Source of the DNA: an uncultured Gammaproteobacteria bacterium
GTDB taxonomy: Bacteria; Patescibacteriota; Patescibacteriia; Magasanikbacterales; UBA922
DNA: 64,000 nt
NCBI GenBank assembly: GCA_964566225.1
Contig: CAZMHV010000001.1
Coordinates: 21,963 to 85,962, forward strand
Direction of reading: 5' to 3'
Part shown: positions 46,198 to 55,872 of the stretch, piece after piece
How positions within the stretch are numbered: position 1 is the stretch's first letter
Layout of the letters: each line of letters begins with the position of its first letter
Position numbers and translations under genes: made by a program
The notes under the pieces: model-generated
The model's database searches: none
What the model was told of the DNA's origin: nothing
What the model saw: only the letters and a program-made list of their open reading frames with translations

Positions 46198-46818
46198 ATG
46201 CACTGGTTTTTTATTGCCATTATTGTCGTTTGTCTGTTTCCGATGAGCGTCTTGGCTCAGGTTCAGGCATATATCGTCGGTCGTACTCAGGCCGAGATTC
46301 TTTTGGAACTGCCGTGGAACTATGAAACCAGCGGTGGTTGGGAATTCAATCACTATGTTCTCACTGAGTCGGAGAATGTCACTGAAGGATTCCTGGGGCT
46401 TGGGACGGGAATCGGGATCGTTGGAGACGATATGGAATTGGAGGTGGGGCCACTGTGGCATGCAGATGAAGGTGAACTCGCTGTTTCGGCAGCTCTGTTC
46501 ATTTTGATGCATGACAAGGTCCGACTCGATTTTCATGGGCATGCGTCTTTGGAGGAATCGCATGGTGTGGCTGCTTTGGGGTATGTCTTTACCGATTGGT
46601 TTTTTGCGGGTTTGGTTGCCGAAGTGAGCCGAAATCCAGAGGCGATTCTTTCTCTTGGTGGTGCTTATCTGGCAGGGGTGTATCACCACCATTCTCGTGT
46701 GAAATTCTCAATGCTTTTTGGTACGTTTGCCTCTGGTTATGAAATCCCCGAGGATAAGCGTTTTCGGATCGCGTATATCGTTCCGACCTTGACGCTGGAA
46801 TTTCACTTTCATTTGTAG
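46198..46818 (+). CDS. GC-richer secreted beta-rich protein (206 aa), His-containing; possible small beta-barrel/OMP-like fold
   Basis: Signal peptide MHWFFIAIIVVCLFPMSVLAQVQA. Alternating hydrophobic pattern. C-terminal TLTLEFHFHL. Terminator hairpin at 46822-46845. Confidence 0.5.
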   Translation: MHWFFIAIIVVCLFPMSVLAQVQAYIVGRTQAEILLELPWNYETSGGWEFNHYVLTESENVTEGFLGLGTGIGIVGDDMELEVGPLWHADEGELAVSAALFILMHDKVRLDFHGHASLEESHGVAALGYVFTDWFFAGLVAEVSRNPEAILSLGGAYLAGVYHHHSRVKFSMLFGTFASGYEIPEDKRFRIAYIVPTLTLEFHFHL

Positions 46819-46871
46819 CATGCCGGGGCAGAACCTCGGCATGCCAGTGACTTGCTTTTTTCACTTTTTTT

Positions 46872-48665
46872 TTGTACCATAAAAAGATGAAAGACGTAAA
46901 ACTCTCTACTGGTCCTATTGTAATGTACTCAACCAAACAACTATTGGTTGATTTGTTTTTTTATCTTCATCCGTTTCGTGTTAAATTTTTTTGTGCTGTT
47001 ATATTTCGTCTGGTAAGTGATATTGTTTGGTTGTATCCATTTTATGCACTCTCACAAATTGTAAATTTTTTCTCTCACTATCAATCAGGTGATTCACTTG
47101 CAAATTTTTGGAAAATTTTTTCAATGTGGATTATTGCTGCTCTTTTATATTATAGTGGGCATTATTTTTCTAAATTTTTGGGATTTCGCATGGCCGAGCA
47201 AACCAATAGTCGGGCTCGTATTTTGGTGCTCAAACATCTTTTTTCTCTCGACTTGCATTGGCATGAAAAAGAAAATGCGGGGAATAAAATAAAGCGTATT
47301 GAAAAAGGTGCAGAAGGTCTCAACAGAATTTTACGCATGGTCATTGCCAATGTTATTGAGATAAGTGTGAATTTTGTGGGTATGACTTGGATTGTGGGAA
47401 GTATTGATAGGGTAGTGGGTCTTTGTTTAGTGGTATTTTTATCAACGTATTCTTGTATTTCTATATATTTACTCAAAAAGGCTCACCAGGCATCACAGCT
47501 GGTAGACATGAAAGACGAAGAAATTCATGGGCTTGCTTTTGAAGGAATGAATAATATTCGCAGTGTAAAAGTTTTGGGCATGGCAGATTCACTCTTTGAA
47601 ATTATTGAAAAAAATATCAAAGAATACGTACGGAGAATCTATAAACGGATTTTTTTCTTTCAAACTCGTGGAATCGTACAGGGTATTTGGTCCCAGAGTT
47701 GGTTACTTATTTCTTTGGTAGTAATTGTGTTTGGTATTATGAGTGGAAAGTACGAGGTTGGTTTTTTGGTGCTTTTCATGGGATATTTTCGTCGTATTAT
47801 TGAGTCACTCAATGAGTTATCCGAAGTTTCTCAAGATTTTGTTGTAGCCAAATATGGTGTTGGTCGAATGCAGTCAATAATGAATGAAAAAATTAATATT
47901 GATAATGATGAAGGAAAAGTTAATTTTCCGACTTCGTGGAAAAAAATCTCTCTTCGAGATGTATCATTTGCGTATGATCAAGATAAGGTACTCAGTCATA
48001 TATCGCTTGATATTCACAGAGGAGAAAAAGTAGGAATTGTAGGACTTTCTGGTGCCGGTAAATCGACTTTATTTAAATTGCTTCTCAAAGAAATAGAAAA
48101 TTATTCTGGAGAAATTCTTATTGATAACATACCTCTCAAAAACATAAAACGATCAGATTATTTTCACTACTCTGCTGTAGTGCTCCAAGAGACTGAAGTT
48201 TTTAACTTTACATTAGAACAAAACATTACTCTGGCCAATAAAAAGAAAGAAAAAAATTCTCAGTTGGTAGATCGTGCTCTTGCCATAGCTCATGTCTCTG
48301 ATTTTTTACAAAAATTTCCTTTGGGTAAGAAAACAGTGATTGGAGAAAAGGGGATAAAACTTTCGGGTGGAGAAAAACAGCGACTTGGCATTGCTCGTGC
48401 TGTGTTCAAACAACCTCAGTTGCTTTTTTTGGACGAAGCAACTTCGCATCTAGATATTGAATCCGAAGAAAAAATTCAAGATTCCTTGCATCAGTTTTTT
48501 CAAAATGTTACGGCGGTAGTCATTGCTCACAGACTTACGACCCTGCGTGAAATGGATAGAATTTTGGTGCTTGAGCATGGTAAAATTATTGAAGAAGGCT
48601 CATTTGAAGAACTCTCTGCCCAAAAAGGAAGATTCTTTGATTTATGGGAGAAACAAAAACTGTGA
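46872..48665 (+). CDS. ABC exporter, fused permease/ATPase
   Basis: Walker A GLSGAGKST, LSGGEKQRLGIAR, Walker B LFLDEATSHLD. 6-TM N-half. Confidence 0.8.
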   Translation: MYHKKMKDVKLSTGPIVMYSTKQLLVDLFFYLHPFRVKFFCAVIFRLVSDIVWLYPFYALSQIVNFFSHYQSGDSLANFWKIFSMWIIAALLYYSGHYFSKFLGFRMAEQTNSRARILVLKHLFSLDLHWHEKENAGNKIKRIEKGAEGLNRILRMVIANVIEISVNFVGMTWIVGSIDRVVGLCLVVFLSTYSCISIYLLKKAHQASQLVDMKDEEIHGLAFEGMNNIRSVKVLGMADSLFEIIEKNIKEYVRRIYKRIFFFQTRGIVQGIWSQSWLLISLVVIVFGIMSGKYEVGFLVLFMGYFRRIIESLNELSEVSQDFVVAKYGVGRMQSIMNEKINIDNDEGKVNFPTSWKKISLRDVSFAYDQDKVLSHISLDIHRGEKVGIVGLSGAGKSTLFKLLLKEIENYSGEILIDNIPLKNIKRSDYFHYSAVVLQETEVFNFTLEQNITLANKKKEKNSQLVDRALAIAHVSDFLQKFPLGKKTVIGEKGIKLSGGEKQRLGIARAVFKQPQLLFLDEATSHLDIESEEKIQDSLHQFFQNVTAVVIAHRLTTLREMDRILVLEHGKIIEEGSFEELSAQKGRFFDLWEKQKL

Positions 48666-48729
48666 TTGAATTTTTTTTTGGTCTGTGGTAGAGTGATTCC
48701 ACGACAATTTTATTTAAGAACCTTTTTGT

Positions 48730-48810
48730 ATGTATAAAAAGAAAAAAATTGCACTGCGCAAGCACCGCAAAAATAAAGGTAAAAATTTGGTAAGTCTGGC
48801 AAATCGTTAA
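48730..48810 (+). CDS. very small basic ORF (26 aa: MYKKKKIALRKHRKNKGKNLVSLANR) followed by its own terminator
   Basis: ORF plus hairpin terminator (48818-48850, TCCCC...GGGGGA + T-run). Weak SD. Speculative. Confidence 0.25.
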   Translation: MYKKKKIALRKHRKNKGKNLVSLANR

Positions 48811-49000
48811 ATCTTTCAAAAATCCCCTCTGTATGGGGGATTTTTGTTTTCTGTGGATAAGCAGGGAAGTGAGTAGCTTTTTACCCTGTGTACCGATTAT
48901 TTTTCTTGTTAAATTGTTTGTATACAGCCAATTTTTGGGTTGACCACGGTACTTTAGAAAAATTTCATATAAAGTATGGTAAAATACTTCTTATCTCTGT

Positions 49001-50851
49001 ATGTCTACTACACTTAGCCTTCTCAAAACTTACTTTGGTTATCAAGAATTTCGACCTCTCCAAGAGGATATCATTCATGCGGTTACGTCCAAGAATGACA
49101 CGGTTGTGCTCATGCCAACTGGTGGTGGAAAGTCACTGTGCTATCAGCTCCCGGCGCTTATGTTGCCTGGGGTTACTTTGGTTATTTCCCCACTTATTGC
49201 GCTTATGAAAGACCAGGTAGATGCACTTTTGGCCAATGGAATTTCAGCAGCTTTTTTGAATAGTAGTTTGAACGCGGTTGAAATGAATGCCGTGATACAA
49301 AAGGTGCAGTCTGGAAATATTAAAATTTTGTATGTGGCGCCAGAACGTTTGGCGGTGAGTTCATTTCGACAACTTTTGCAAAATTTGCCCATGAGTCTTT
49401 TTGCTATTGATGAAGCACATTGTATTTCAGAGTGGGGGCATGATTTTCGTCCGGATTATAGGAATCTCAAAACACTTCGTGATCAGTTCCCTGCAGTGCC
49501 ATTTGTCGCATTGACGGCGACTGCGACAGAGCGAGTGAAACAAGATATTATTCGCGAGCTCCATTTGCGTGAACCGCAAGTATTTTTTTCTACTTTCAAC
49601 CGCAATAATTTGCATTATAGTGTGGTTCCCAAAAAAGAATCTTTTGAAAGATTGGTGGCTTTGCTGCAGCGACACAAAGGCGAGTCTTCTATTATTTATT
49701 GTTTTTCACGCAAAGATACCGAGGAGCTGGCTGCGGACTTGCGCAAGTATGGCATGAAAGCGCTTGCGTATAATGCAGGACTCGAACCAGAACTGCGCAA
49801 AAGCACACAAGAAAAATTTATACGGGACGAAATACATATTATTGTGGCTACCATTGCCTTTGGCATGGGCATTGATAAACCCAATGTGCGTTTGGTGGTG
49901 CACTATGATTTGCCTAAGTCGATTGAAGGATATTATCAAGAAACCGGACGTGCTGGCCGTGATGGGCTGAGGAGTGACTGTGTATTATTTTATTCATCTG
50001 CAGATTTGCGCAAGCATAAATTTTTTTTGGACCAAATGTCTGATGGCGAAGAAAAACAAAACACGGCCAAAAAATTGTATCAAATGGTTGATTTTTGTGA
50101 ACAAATTGAGTGTCGACGTAAAACACTCATTGAATATTTTGGTGAAAATTGGAATACAGAAAATTGTAGTGGTTGTGACAATTGTTTACTCCAAAAAGAA
50201 ACCTTTGACGGTACCACGGTGGCGCAAAAAGTTTTGTCTGCGGTGTATAAACTGGGGGAGCACTATGGTGCAGGGTATGTGATTAAAGTTTTGACGGGGA
50301 AAAAAGACAAAAAAGTGCGAGAAAAATATCATGATGAGCTTTCGGTGTTTGGTATCGTCAATGACTTTTCTACCACGCAGCTACAAAGTATTGTCAATCA
50401 ATTGCTGCAAAAAAATTTATTGATTAAAAATACAGAACATTCTACTCTTGAGTTATCAAATGAGGGAAAAATTTTTTTGAAAGAACGTCAGAGGGTTGAG
50501 CTTATTCGAGTGAAGAAAACCGAAGACCTGCGTGAATTTGCATCTGCTGAATATGATGAAATTTTGTTTGAGAGACTTCGCAAATTGCGTTTGCGTTTGG
50601 CAGGGGAGCTTGGGGTCCCACCATTTGTGGTGTTTGGAGATGTGAGTTTGCGCCAAATGGCACAGTACTATCCACAAAGTGAAGCCAGCTTTTTGAATAT
50701 TTCTGGAGTTGGTGATGAAAAATTGCGACGATTTGGAGCTGACTTTTTGGGCGTGATTAGAGAATATGCAAATGAAAAGGGCATTGAAGAAAAACAAAAT
50801 GTGCAACGCAAAAGACAAAGACGATCAAGCTATGTTGGAAATGCTCTGTAA
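49001..50851 (+). CDS. recQ: ATP-dependent DNA helicase RecQ
   Basis: Walker A MPTGGGKS, DEAH (AIDEAHCISEWGHDFR), Zn-finger Cys (CRR...CSGCDNC), RQC and C-terminal HRDC region. Confidence 0.9.
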   Translation: MSTTLSLLKTYFGYQEFRPLQEDIIHAVTSKNDTVVLMPTGGGKSLCYQLPALMLPGVTLVISPLIALMKDQVDALLANGISAAFLNSSLNAVEMNAVIQKVQSGNIKILYVAPERLAVSSFRQLLQNLPMSLFAIDEAHCISEWGHDFRPDYRNLKTLRDQFPAVPFVALTATATERVKQDIIRELHLREPQVFFSTFNRNNLHYSVVPKKESFERLVALLQRHKGESSIIYCFSRKDTEELAADLRKYGMKALAYNAGLEPELRKSTQEKFIRDEIHIIVATIAFGMGIDKPNVRLVVHYDLPKSIEGYYQETGRAGRDGLRSDCVLFYSSADLRKHKFFLDQMSDGEEKQNTAKKLYQMVDFCEQIECRRKTLIEYFGENWNTENCSGCDNCLLQKETFDGTTVAQKVLSAVYKLGEHYGAGYVIKVLTGKKDKKVREKYHDELSVFGIVNDFSTTQLQSIVNQLLQKNLLIKNTEHSTLELSNEGKIFLKERQRVELIRVKKTEDLREFASAEYDEILFERLRKLRLRLAGELGVPPFVVFGDVSLRQMAQYYPQSEASFLNISGVGDEKLRRFGADFLGVIREYANEKGIEEKQNVQRKRQRRSSYVGNAL

Positions 50852-50889
50852 ACGTGATATAATTTTAGTTTCTTTGATGATTATTTTTT

Positions 50890-51759
50890 ATGCCAGATAA
50901 ATTTACCGCCGTGTGGGTGTCACACACATCCATCAGTGATTTTCTCAAGTGTCCTCGTGGATACTATTTGAAAAATGTGTACAAGGATCCACAAACGAAA
51001 CATAAAATGAAAGTGATGAGTGCGCCACTCGCACTTGGTCAGTCTGTGCATGAAGTTTTGGAGTCGCTGTCTGTGTTGCCTCGTGGGGAACGATTTGCTG
51101 AGCCGCTCACAGTGAAATTTGATCGTGCCTGGGCCAAAGTGAGTGGCAAAAAGGGTGGATTTTTGGACGAAGCCACTGAGTATAAATACAAAAAGCGTGG
51201 GCTGGATATGCTGGGTCGTGTGTGGAATCACCCAGGGCCAATTGCATTGCCAGCTGTCAAAATTCAAACTGACCTTCCGTATTATTGGCTCTCCGAAGAA
51301 GACAATATTATTTTGTGTGGTAAGGTCGATTGGCTTGAGTACTTGCCCGATGAAGATGCCGTACATATTATCGATTTCAAAACTGGTAAAAATGAAGAAG
51401 ATGGTGAATCGTTGCAGCTCCCTATTTATTGTTTGCTCGTCATGAATTGTCAAAAACGCAAAGTATCTAAGGCAAGTTATTGGTATTTGGATTCCAGTGA
51501 CACGCTGACCGAAAAAACATTGCCAAATGTAGAAGAAGCACGCGTAAAAGTTTTGGATATTGCACGTCAAATGAAATTGGCGCGTCAAATTAATCGGTTT
51601 AAGTGTCACAAAGGTGACGAAGGCTGCATGTGCTGCAAACCTTTTGAAGCCGTGCTGCGTGGTGAAGCAGAATTTGTGGGCGAAGACGATTACCATGCAG
51701 ACGTATATATTTTGCCTCAAGTAGCCAAAGAAGATGAAATGGTGAGTGTTATTTTATAA
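50890..51759 (+). CDS. PD-(D/E)XK nuclease, Cas4/AddB-like with 4-Cys Fe-S cluster signature
   Basis: N-terminal Cys (CPRGYY), motif D (GKVDWL), (I/V)IDFKTGK, QLPIY, C-terminal CHKGDEGCMCC. Confidence 0.65.
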   Translation: MPDKFTAVWVSHTSISDFLKCPRGYYLKNVYKDPQTKHKMKVMSAPLALGQSVHEVLESLSVLPRGERFAEPLTVKFDRAWAKVSGKKGGFLDEATEYKYKKRGLDMLGRVWNHPGPIALPAVKIQTDLPYYWLSEEDNIILCGKVDWLEYLPDEDAVHIIDFKTGKNEEDGESLQLPIYCLLVMNCQKRKVSKASYWYLDSSDTLTEKTLPNVEEARVKVLDIARQMKLARQINRFKCHKGDEGCMCCKPFEAVLRGEAEFVGEDDYHADVYILPQVAKEDEMVSVIL

Positions 51760-51765
51760 TTTTTT

Positions 51766-53745
51766 ATGCTCAAAAGAAATCCTTATACACCGCAAGATTT
51801 TGCCTGGACCCACTGGTCAGCGCAGGATATTGAAACCGTGGCGAACAATTTTTTGGCATATAAAAAACAGGAATATGCAAAAATAAAATCAATTCCTGCG
51901 GGTGAACGGACATTTGAAAACACTCTGTATGCCATTGAACGCACCTGTGCCAAAGCCGAAGATATTTACAAAATACCTTTTCTCATGAATGTGTCACCAA
52001 GTGAAGAACTTCGCAACAAGGCACAAGAGATGATGGACAGTATTGAAAAGGCACTCATTGAGGTGGAGTATGACGAGGGGATGTACCAAGCCGTGAAGGA
52101 ATTTGAAGCGCGGGGTTTGGTGCTTGAAGGTGAAGAAAAAAGATTGTTTGAGGTGATGCTGCGAGACTACCGTCGCATGGGTTTTGATTTGAAATCAGAA
52201 GATCGTGCCACTTTGCAAAAAAATTTACAAGAGCTGAGCGAGCTTGCCAATTTGTATAGTAAAAATATTAATGAATACAAAGATTGTATTTTGGTAACCG
52301 AACAAGAAATGCAGGGACTGCCCGAAGCATACAAGGCAGGGCGCAAAAAAGAAGGAGACAAATTTGTGGTTACCCTCGACTATCCAGATTATTTTCCATT
52401 TATGGAAAATGCGGTGAGTGGTGCCAAGCGTCAAGAACTCATGGATAAGTATTTACAAAAGGGTGGAGTGGAGAACGTAAAATTGTTACAAAATATTTTA
52501 AAACTTCGAGATGAAAATGCACGACTTCTTGGATACAAAAACCATGCCGAGTTTCAACTGGAAGTAAAAATGGCCAAAAAAAGTTCACACGTTTTTTCTT
52601 TTATCCACGATTTGGCAGGTAAACTTGAAGATGGTTTGCGTCGTGAAATGCAGTCACTTGAGCAGTTTAAGCAGACCCTTACCGGGAGTGGTGAAATGGT
52701 TCACTACTATGATGTTGCTTACCTCATCAATCAAAATCGCAAAGATGTGTTTTCGGTTGATACAGAAAAAGTACGTGAATATTTTCCACTCACATTTGTA
52801 CTCGCACAAATGTTTGAAATATATGGAACACTTTTTTCACTGCAGTTTCAAAAGGTAGAAGGCTATCAAACGTGGGAAAAGCAAGTTGATGTGTATACCA
52901 TCAAAGAAAAAAGTTCTGGTGAATTACTCGCGTATTTTTTTCTTGATTTGCATCCACGACCAGGCAAGTATGGCCATGCCGCCGTATTTAATATTACTTC
53001 ACCTTGTGAAGAATCGTACCAGAGTGAACAGGGGAGAACTCCGGTGGCAGCCCTGGTATGTAACTTTCCTGAGGGAACACCCGAACGTCCATCGCTGTTG
53101 AATCATAATGAAGTAGACACACTGTTTCATGAATTTGGACATGTGCTCCATGAAGTGTTGAGCAATGTGCGATTTGCTTCACACAGTGGTTTTAACGTAG
53201 CCCGAGATTTTGTAGAAGCTCCTTCACAAATGCTTGAGAACTGGGTGTGGAACAAAGAAATTTTGCAAAAAATTTCACGTCATTTTGAAACCGGTGAGAC
53301 ACTCCCTACCGAGATGATTGACAACATGATCAAAGCCAAGTATCACATGATTAATTATTCTACATTGCGTCAAGTTGTGTTTGGAATTTTTGATATGACA
53401 CTTCATACGCAGGAACTGCACACAAGTATTGATGAATTTTATAATGGACTCATGGCACAATATCTGCATATTCATTTGCCAGAAACCAGTTTGTTTTCGG
53501 CCGGCTTTGGACACCTTATGGGGTATGACGCTGGGTACTATGGATATTTGTGGTCCAAGGTGTATGCAGCAGATATGTTTACACGATTTGAACAAGAAGG
53601 AATTTTGAGTGAAACAGTTGGCTCTGCCTACCGAACGTGGATTTTGGAAAAGGGAAGCACACTTGATGAAACAGAATTAGTTCGTGGATTTTTGGGCCGT
53701 GAACCAAACTCAAAAGCATTTTTGCATGAACTTGGTGTGGAATAA
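51766..53745 (+). CDS. M3-family oligoendopeptidase (thimet/oligopeptidase A-like)
   Basis: HEFGHVLHEVL zinc motif plus downstream EAPSQ. Size and overall pattern typical of M3. Confidence 0.85.
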   Translation: MLKRNPYTPQDFAWTHWSAQDIETVANNFLAYKKQEYAKIKSIPAGERTFENTLYAIERTCAKAEDIYKIPFLMNVSPSEELRNKAQEMMDSIEKALIEVEYDEGMYQAVKEFEARGLVLEGEEKRLFEVMLRDYRRMGFDLKSEDRATLQKNLQELSELANLYSKNINEYKDCILVTEQEMQGLPEAYKAGRKKEGDKFVVTLDYPDYFPFMENAVSGAKRQELMDKYLQKGGVENVKLLQNILKLRDENARLLGYKNHAEFQLEVKMAKKSSHVFSFIHDLAGKLEDGLRREMQSLEQFKQTLTGSGEMVHYYDVAYLINQNRKDVFSVDTEKVREYFPLTFVLAQMFEIYGTLFSLQFQKVEGYQTWEKQVDVYTIKEKSSGELLAYFFLDLHPRPGKYGHAAVFNITSPCEESYQSEQGRTPVAALVCNFPEGTPERPSLLNHNEVDTLFHEFGHVLHEVLSNVRFASHSGFNVARDFVEAPSQMLENWVWNKEILQKISRHFETGETLPTEMIDNMIKAKYHMINYSTLRQVVFGIFDMTLHTQELHTSIDEFYNGLMAQYLHIHLPETSLFSAGFGHLMGYDAGYYGYLWSKVYAADMFTRFEQEGILSETVGSAYRTWILEKGSTLDETELVRGFLGREPNSKAFLHELGVE

Positions 53746-53788
53746 AATATATGATATACTTTGAATATATATTTCTTGAATAAAGTAT

Positions 53789-55138
53789 ATGAAATTGTTT
53801 CAAAAGGTCAGCACATTTACTTTTTTTGTGTCGGCCTTTTTTTTATTTCATGCTTCAATAGCACAGGCGAGTATTTTTACTGATACAAACTGTGCTTCAG
53901 AATTTGATAACGGTACACATAACAACACAGTTTGTGCTGGAGGCAATATGAAGCTCGATGCTACCGGACTTTCAAATGGTTCAGGTGTATTTACTTCTCG
54001 TGTTTTCAATACCCAGGCTGTTTTAAATACATTTTCATTTTTGAGTTGGGCATCACAGTATCCATATGGCAAAGAGTTGGTTGATTATGCACAGAATGAA
54101 AGTGGATATACCACTGGAAATATTTCAATGGAAAGCAATGTCTTGCTGCTTCACTTGAATTCGAACAGTACTTGGGGCGAAGGACTTGAAAGACAAAGTT
54201 TTGTCAATACTGCTACCTACTCAACATCATTCGCTGAGTGCTGGACAACTGATACTTGTCCTGTATCTGCAGACGGTAAATTAAGTTATGGATATAACTT
54301 TGATGGTGTCAATGATTTATTGGTCGTATCATCAACTTCTGAACTGCAACTTACGAATGCTTTTACCGTATCAGCATGGGTCAAACAGGATACTGCTGGC
54401 GACTCCAATAGTGATATGGTCGTAGTTGGAAAGGAAAGTGGCTCCAAAGGGTATTTGCTACGCACTGGTGGAAGAAAAGTAGAAGTGAGTGTTGGGGATG
54501 GAAGTAGTTGGCATACACTTACTGCGAGTAGTACATTTTCACTTGGAACTTGGCACCATATTGCGGCTACCCTGGAAAACAATGTTTTGAAAGTATATCT
54601 CGATGGATATCTCGACGGAATGGCTGACCAAGGTTCATCTACGGTGATTGCAACTTCTACAAGTCTCATCGCGATTGGGAACTCTCCTGCAGATAGTTCT
54701 CGTGCCTTTGATGGTACACTTGACGAAGTTGCGGTATTTAATAGTGCATTGACTGCTGATGATATTTTGAATATGTATATTCGTGGAGCACTCAATGTGA
54801 GATATCAGATCAAAATTTGTGATACTTCAAACTGCTCTGGTGGATATATTTTTACTGGTCCAAATAATACTGGTGAAACATATTATAGTGAACTGTTGAC
54901 CTTGTCAGAGAGTGCGCCAATGAAAAGTATTGGACAGAGTTATAACTATCCATATATTCAGTATAAAATGTATCTCGATACCGCCAGTACTACTTTATCT
55001 CCACAAATTGAAAGTGTTTCAATTTACTATAACATCTTTAGCACTGTTCCCGAAGGTATGACTTGGGCCTTTATTGGTGGTGCCATGTACATTATTTTTG
55101 TTATGAAGAAAAAATACCTCCAGGGCAAGGAGGTATAA
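53789..55138 (+). CDS. secreted LamG/concanavalin-like domain protein, paralog C, VPEG + TM + KKK C-terminus
   Basis: Shares SEFDNGT..., LSWASQYPYGKEL, VLLLHLN, LDEVAVFNSAL, IRGALNVRYQIKICDTSNCSG, YIQYKMY with paralogs A and B. Confidence 0.65.
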   Translation: MKLFQKVSTFTFFVSAFFLFHASIAQASIFTDTNCASEFDNGTHNNTVCAGGNMKLDATGLSNGSGVFTSRVFNTQAVLNTFSFLSWASQYPYGKELVDYAQNESGYTTGNISMESNVLLLHLNSNSTWGEGLERQSFVNTATYSTSFAECWTTDTCPVSADGKLSYGYNFDGVNDLLVVSSTSELQLTNAFTVSAWVKQDTAGDSNSDMVVVGKESGSKGYLLRTGGRKVEVSVGDGSSWHTLTASSTFSLGTWHHIAATLENNVLKVYLDGYLDGMADQGSSTVIATSTSLIAIGNSPADSSRAFDGTLDEVAVFNSALTADDILNMYIRGALNVRYQIKICDTSNCSGGYIFTGPNNTGETYYSELLTLSESAPMKSIGQSYNYPYIQYKMYLDTASTTLSPQIESVSIYYNIFSTVPEGMTWAFIGGAMYIIFVMKKKYLQGKEV

Positions 55139-55153
55139 AATCTGTAAGAGTAA

Positions 55154-55867
55154 TCAGAGGCTAAACCGCAAATAAAAAATCTTTTTTTCTTGGCGCACAA
55201 ATTTTTTTTCAAAGTTGGTGTGAATTCTGGTGAGTGCTTCTGGTGCTGCAGAATTTGTGAGTGCGGCAGAGAGGACAAAAAGGGGTGACTCAATCACTTC
55301 TTTTTTGTTTTCTGGAGTTATATCTGCGTAGACGTTTTCAATGGACTGTAGAATTTTGGCACCATATGTTTCTACTGTTTCTTTGGAATAAAAATAGAGT
55401 AGCTCGTTGTCTGTTTTCAAATTGATAACTCCACCAGGTTTCAATATTTTTTTGTACATATCCAAAAATTTTGGTGAGGTCAAACGCTTGCGTGCACTTT
55501 TTTTGCGTGGAAATGGGTCTGGGAAAGGAATCCAAATTTCATCAACTGAGTGTTCGGGTACATAGTCAAGCATAAATCGAATTGGTGCACGAAAAAAACG
55601 AATATTGTCGTTGTTATGTTCCTCAGCATATTTGGCTCCATGCCAAATGCGTTCGCCTTGAATATCTACGCCGAGGCAGTGAGCATCGGGGAAGAGCTGT
55701 GAAAGTCCAACCGTGTATTCACCACGGCCACATCCAAGTTCAAGCAGAACTTTTTGTGGAGTATCAAAAAATTTCTCAATGTATTGTTTTGCATCAGGGT
55801 CATCATGCTGAATCACGTTTGGCATGGTGAGGGTTTCTTGAATTCTGGGGAGTTTTTTGCGGGGCAT
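55154..55867 (-). CDS. trmB: tRNA (guanine-N7)-methyltransferase
   Basis: SAM-binding VLLELGCGRGEYTVGLS, GVDIQGERI. An alternative start at 55822 (MPNVIQ) is possible. Confidence 0.8.
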   Translation of the reverse strand: MPRKKLPRIQETLTMPNVIQHDDPDAKQYIEKFFDTPQKVLLELGCGRGEYTVGLSQLFPDAHCLGVDIQGERIWHGAKYAEEHNNDNIRFFRAPIRFMLDYVPEHSVDEIWIPFPDPFPRKKSARKRLTSPKFLDMYKKILKPGGVINLKTDNELLYFYSKETVETYGAKILQSIENVYADITPENKKEVIESPLFVLSAALTNSAAPEALTRIHTNFEKKFVRQEKKIFYLRFSL

Positions 55868-55872
55868 AGAAA

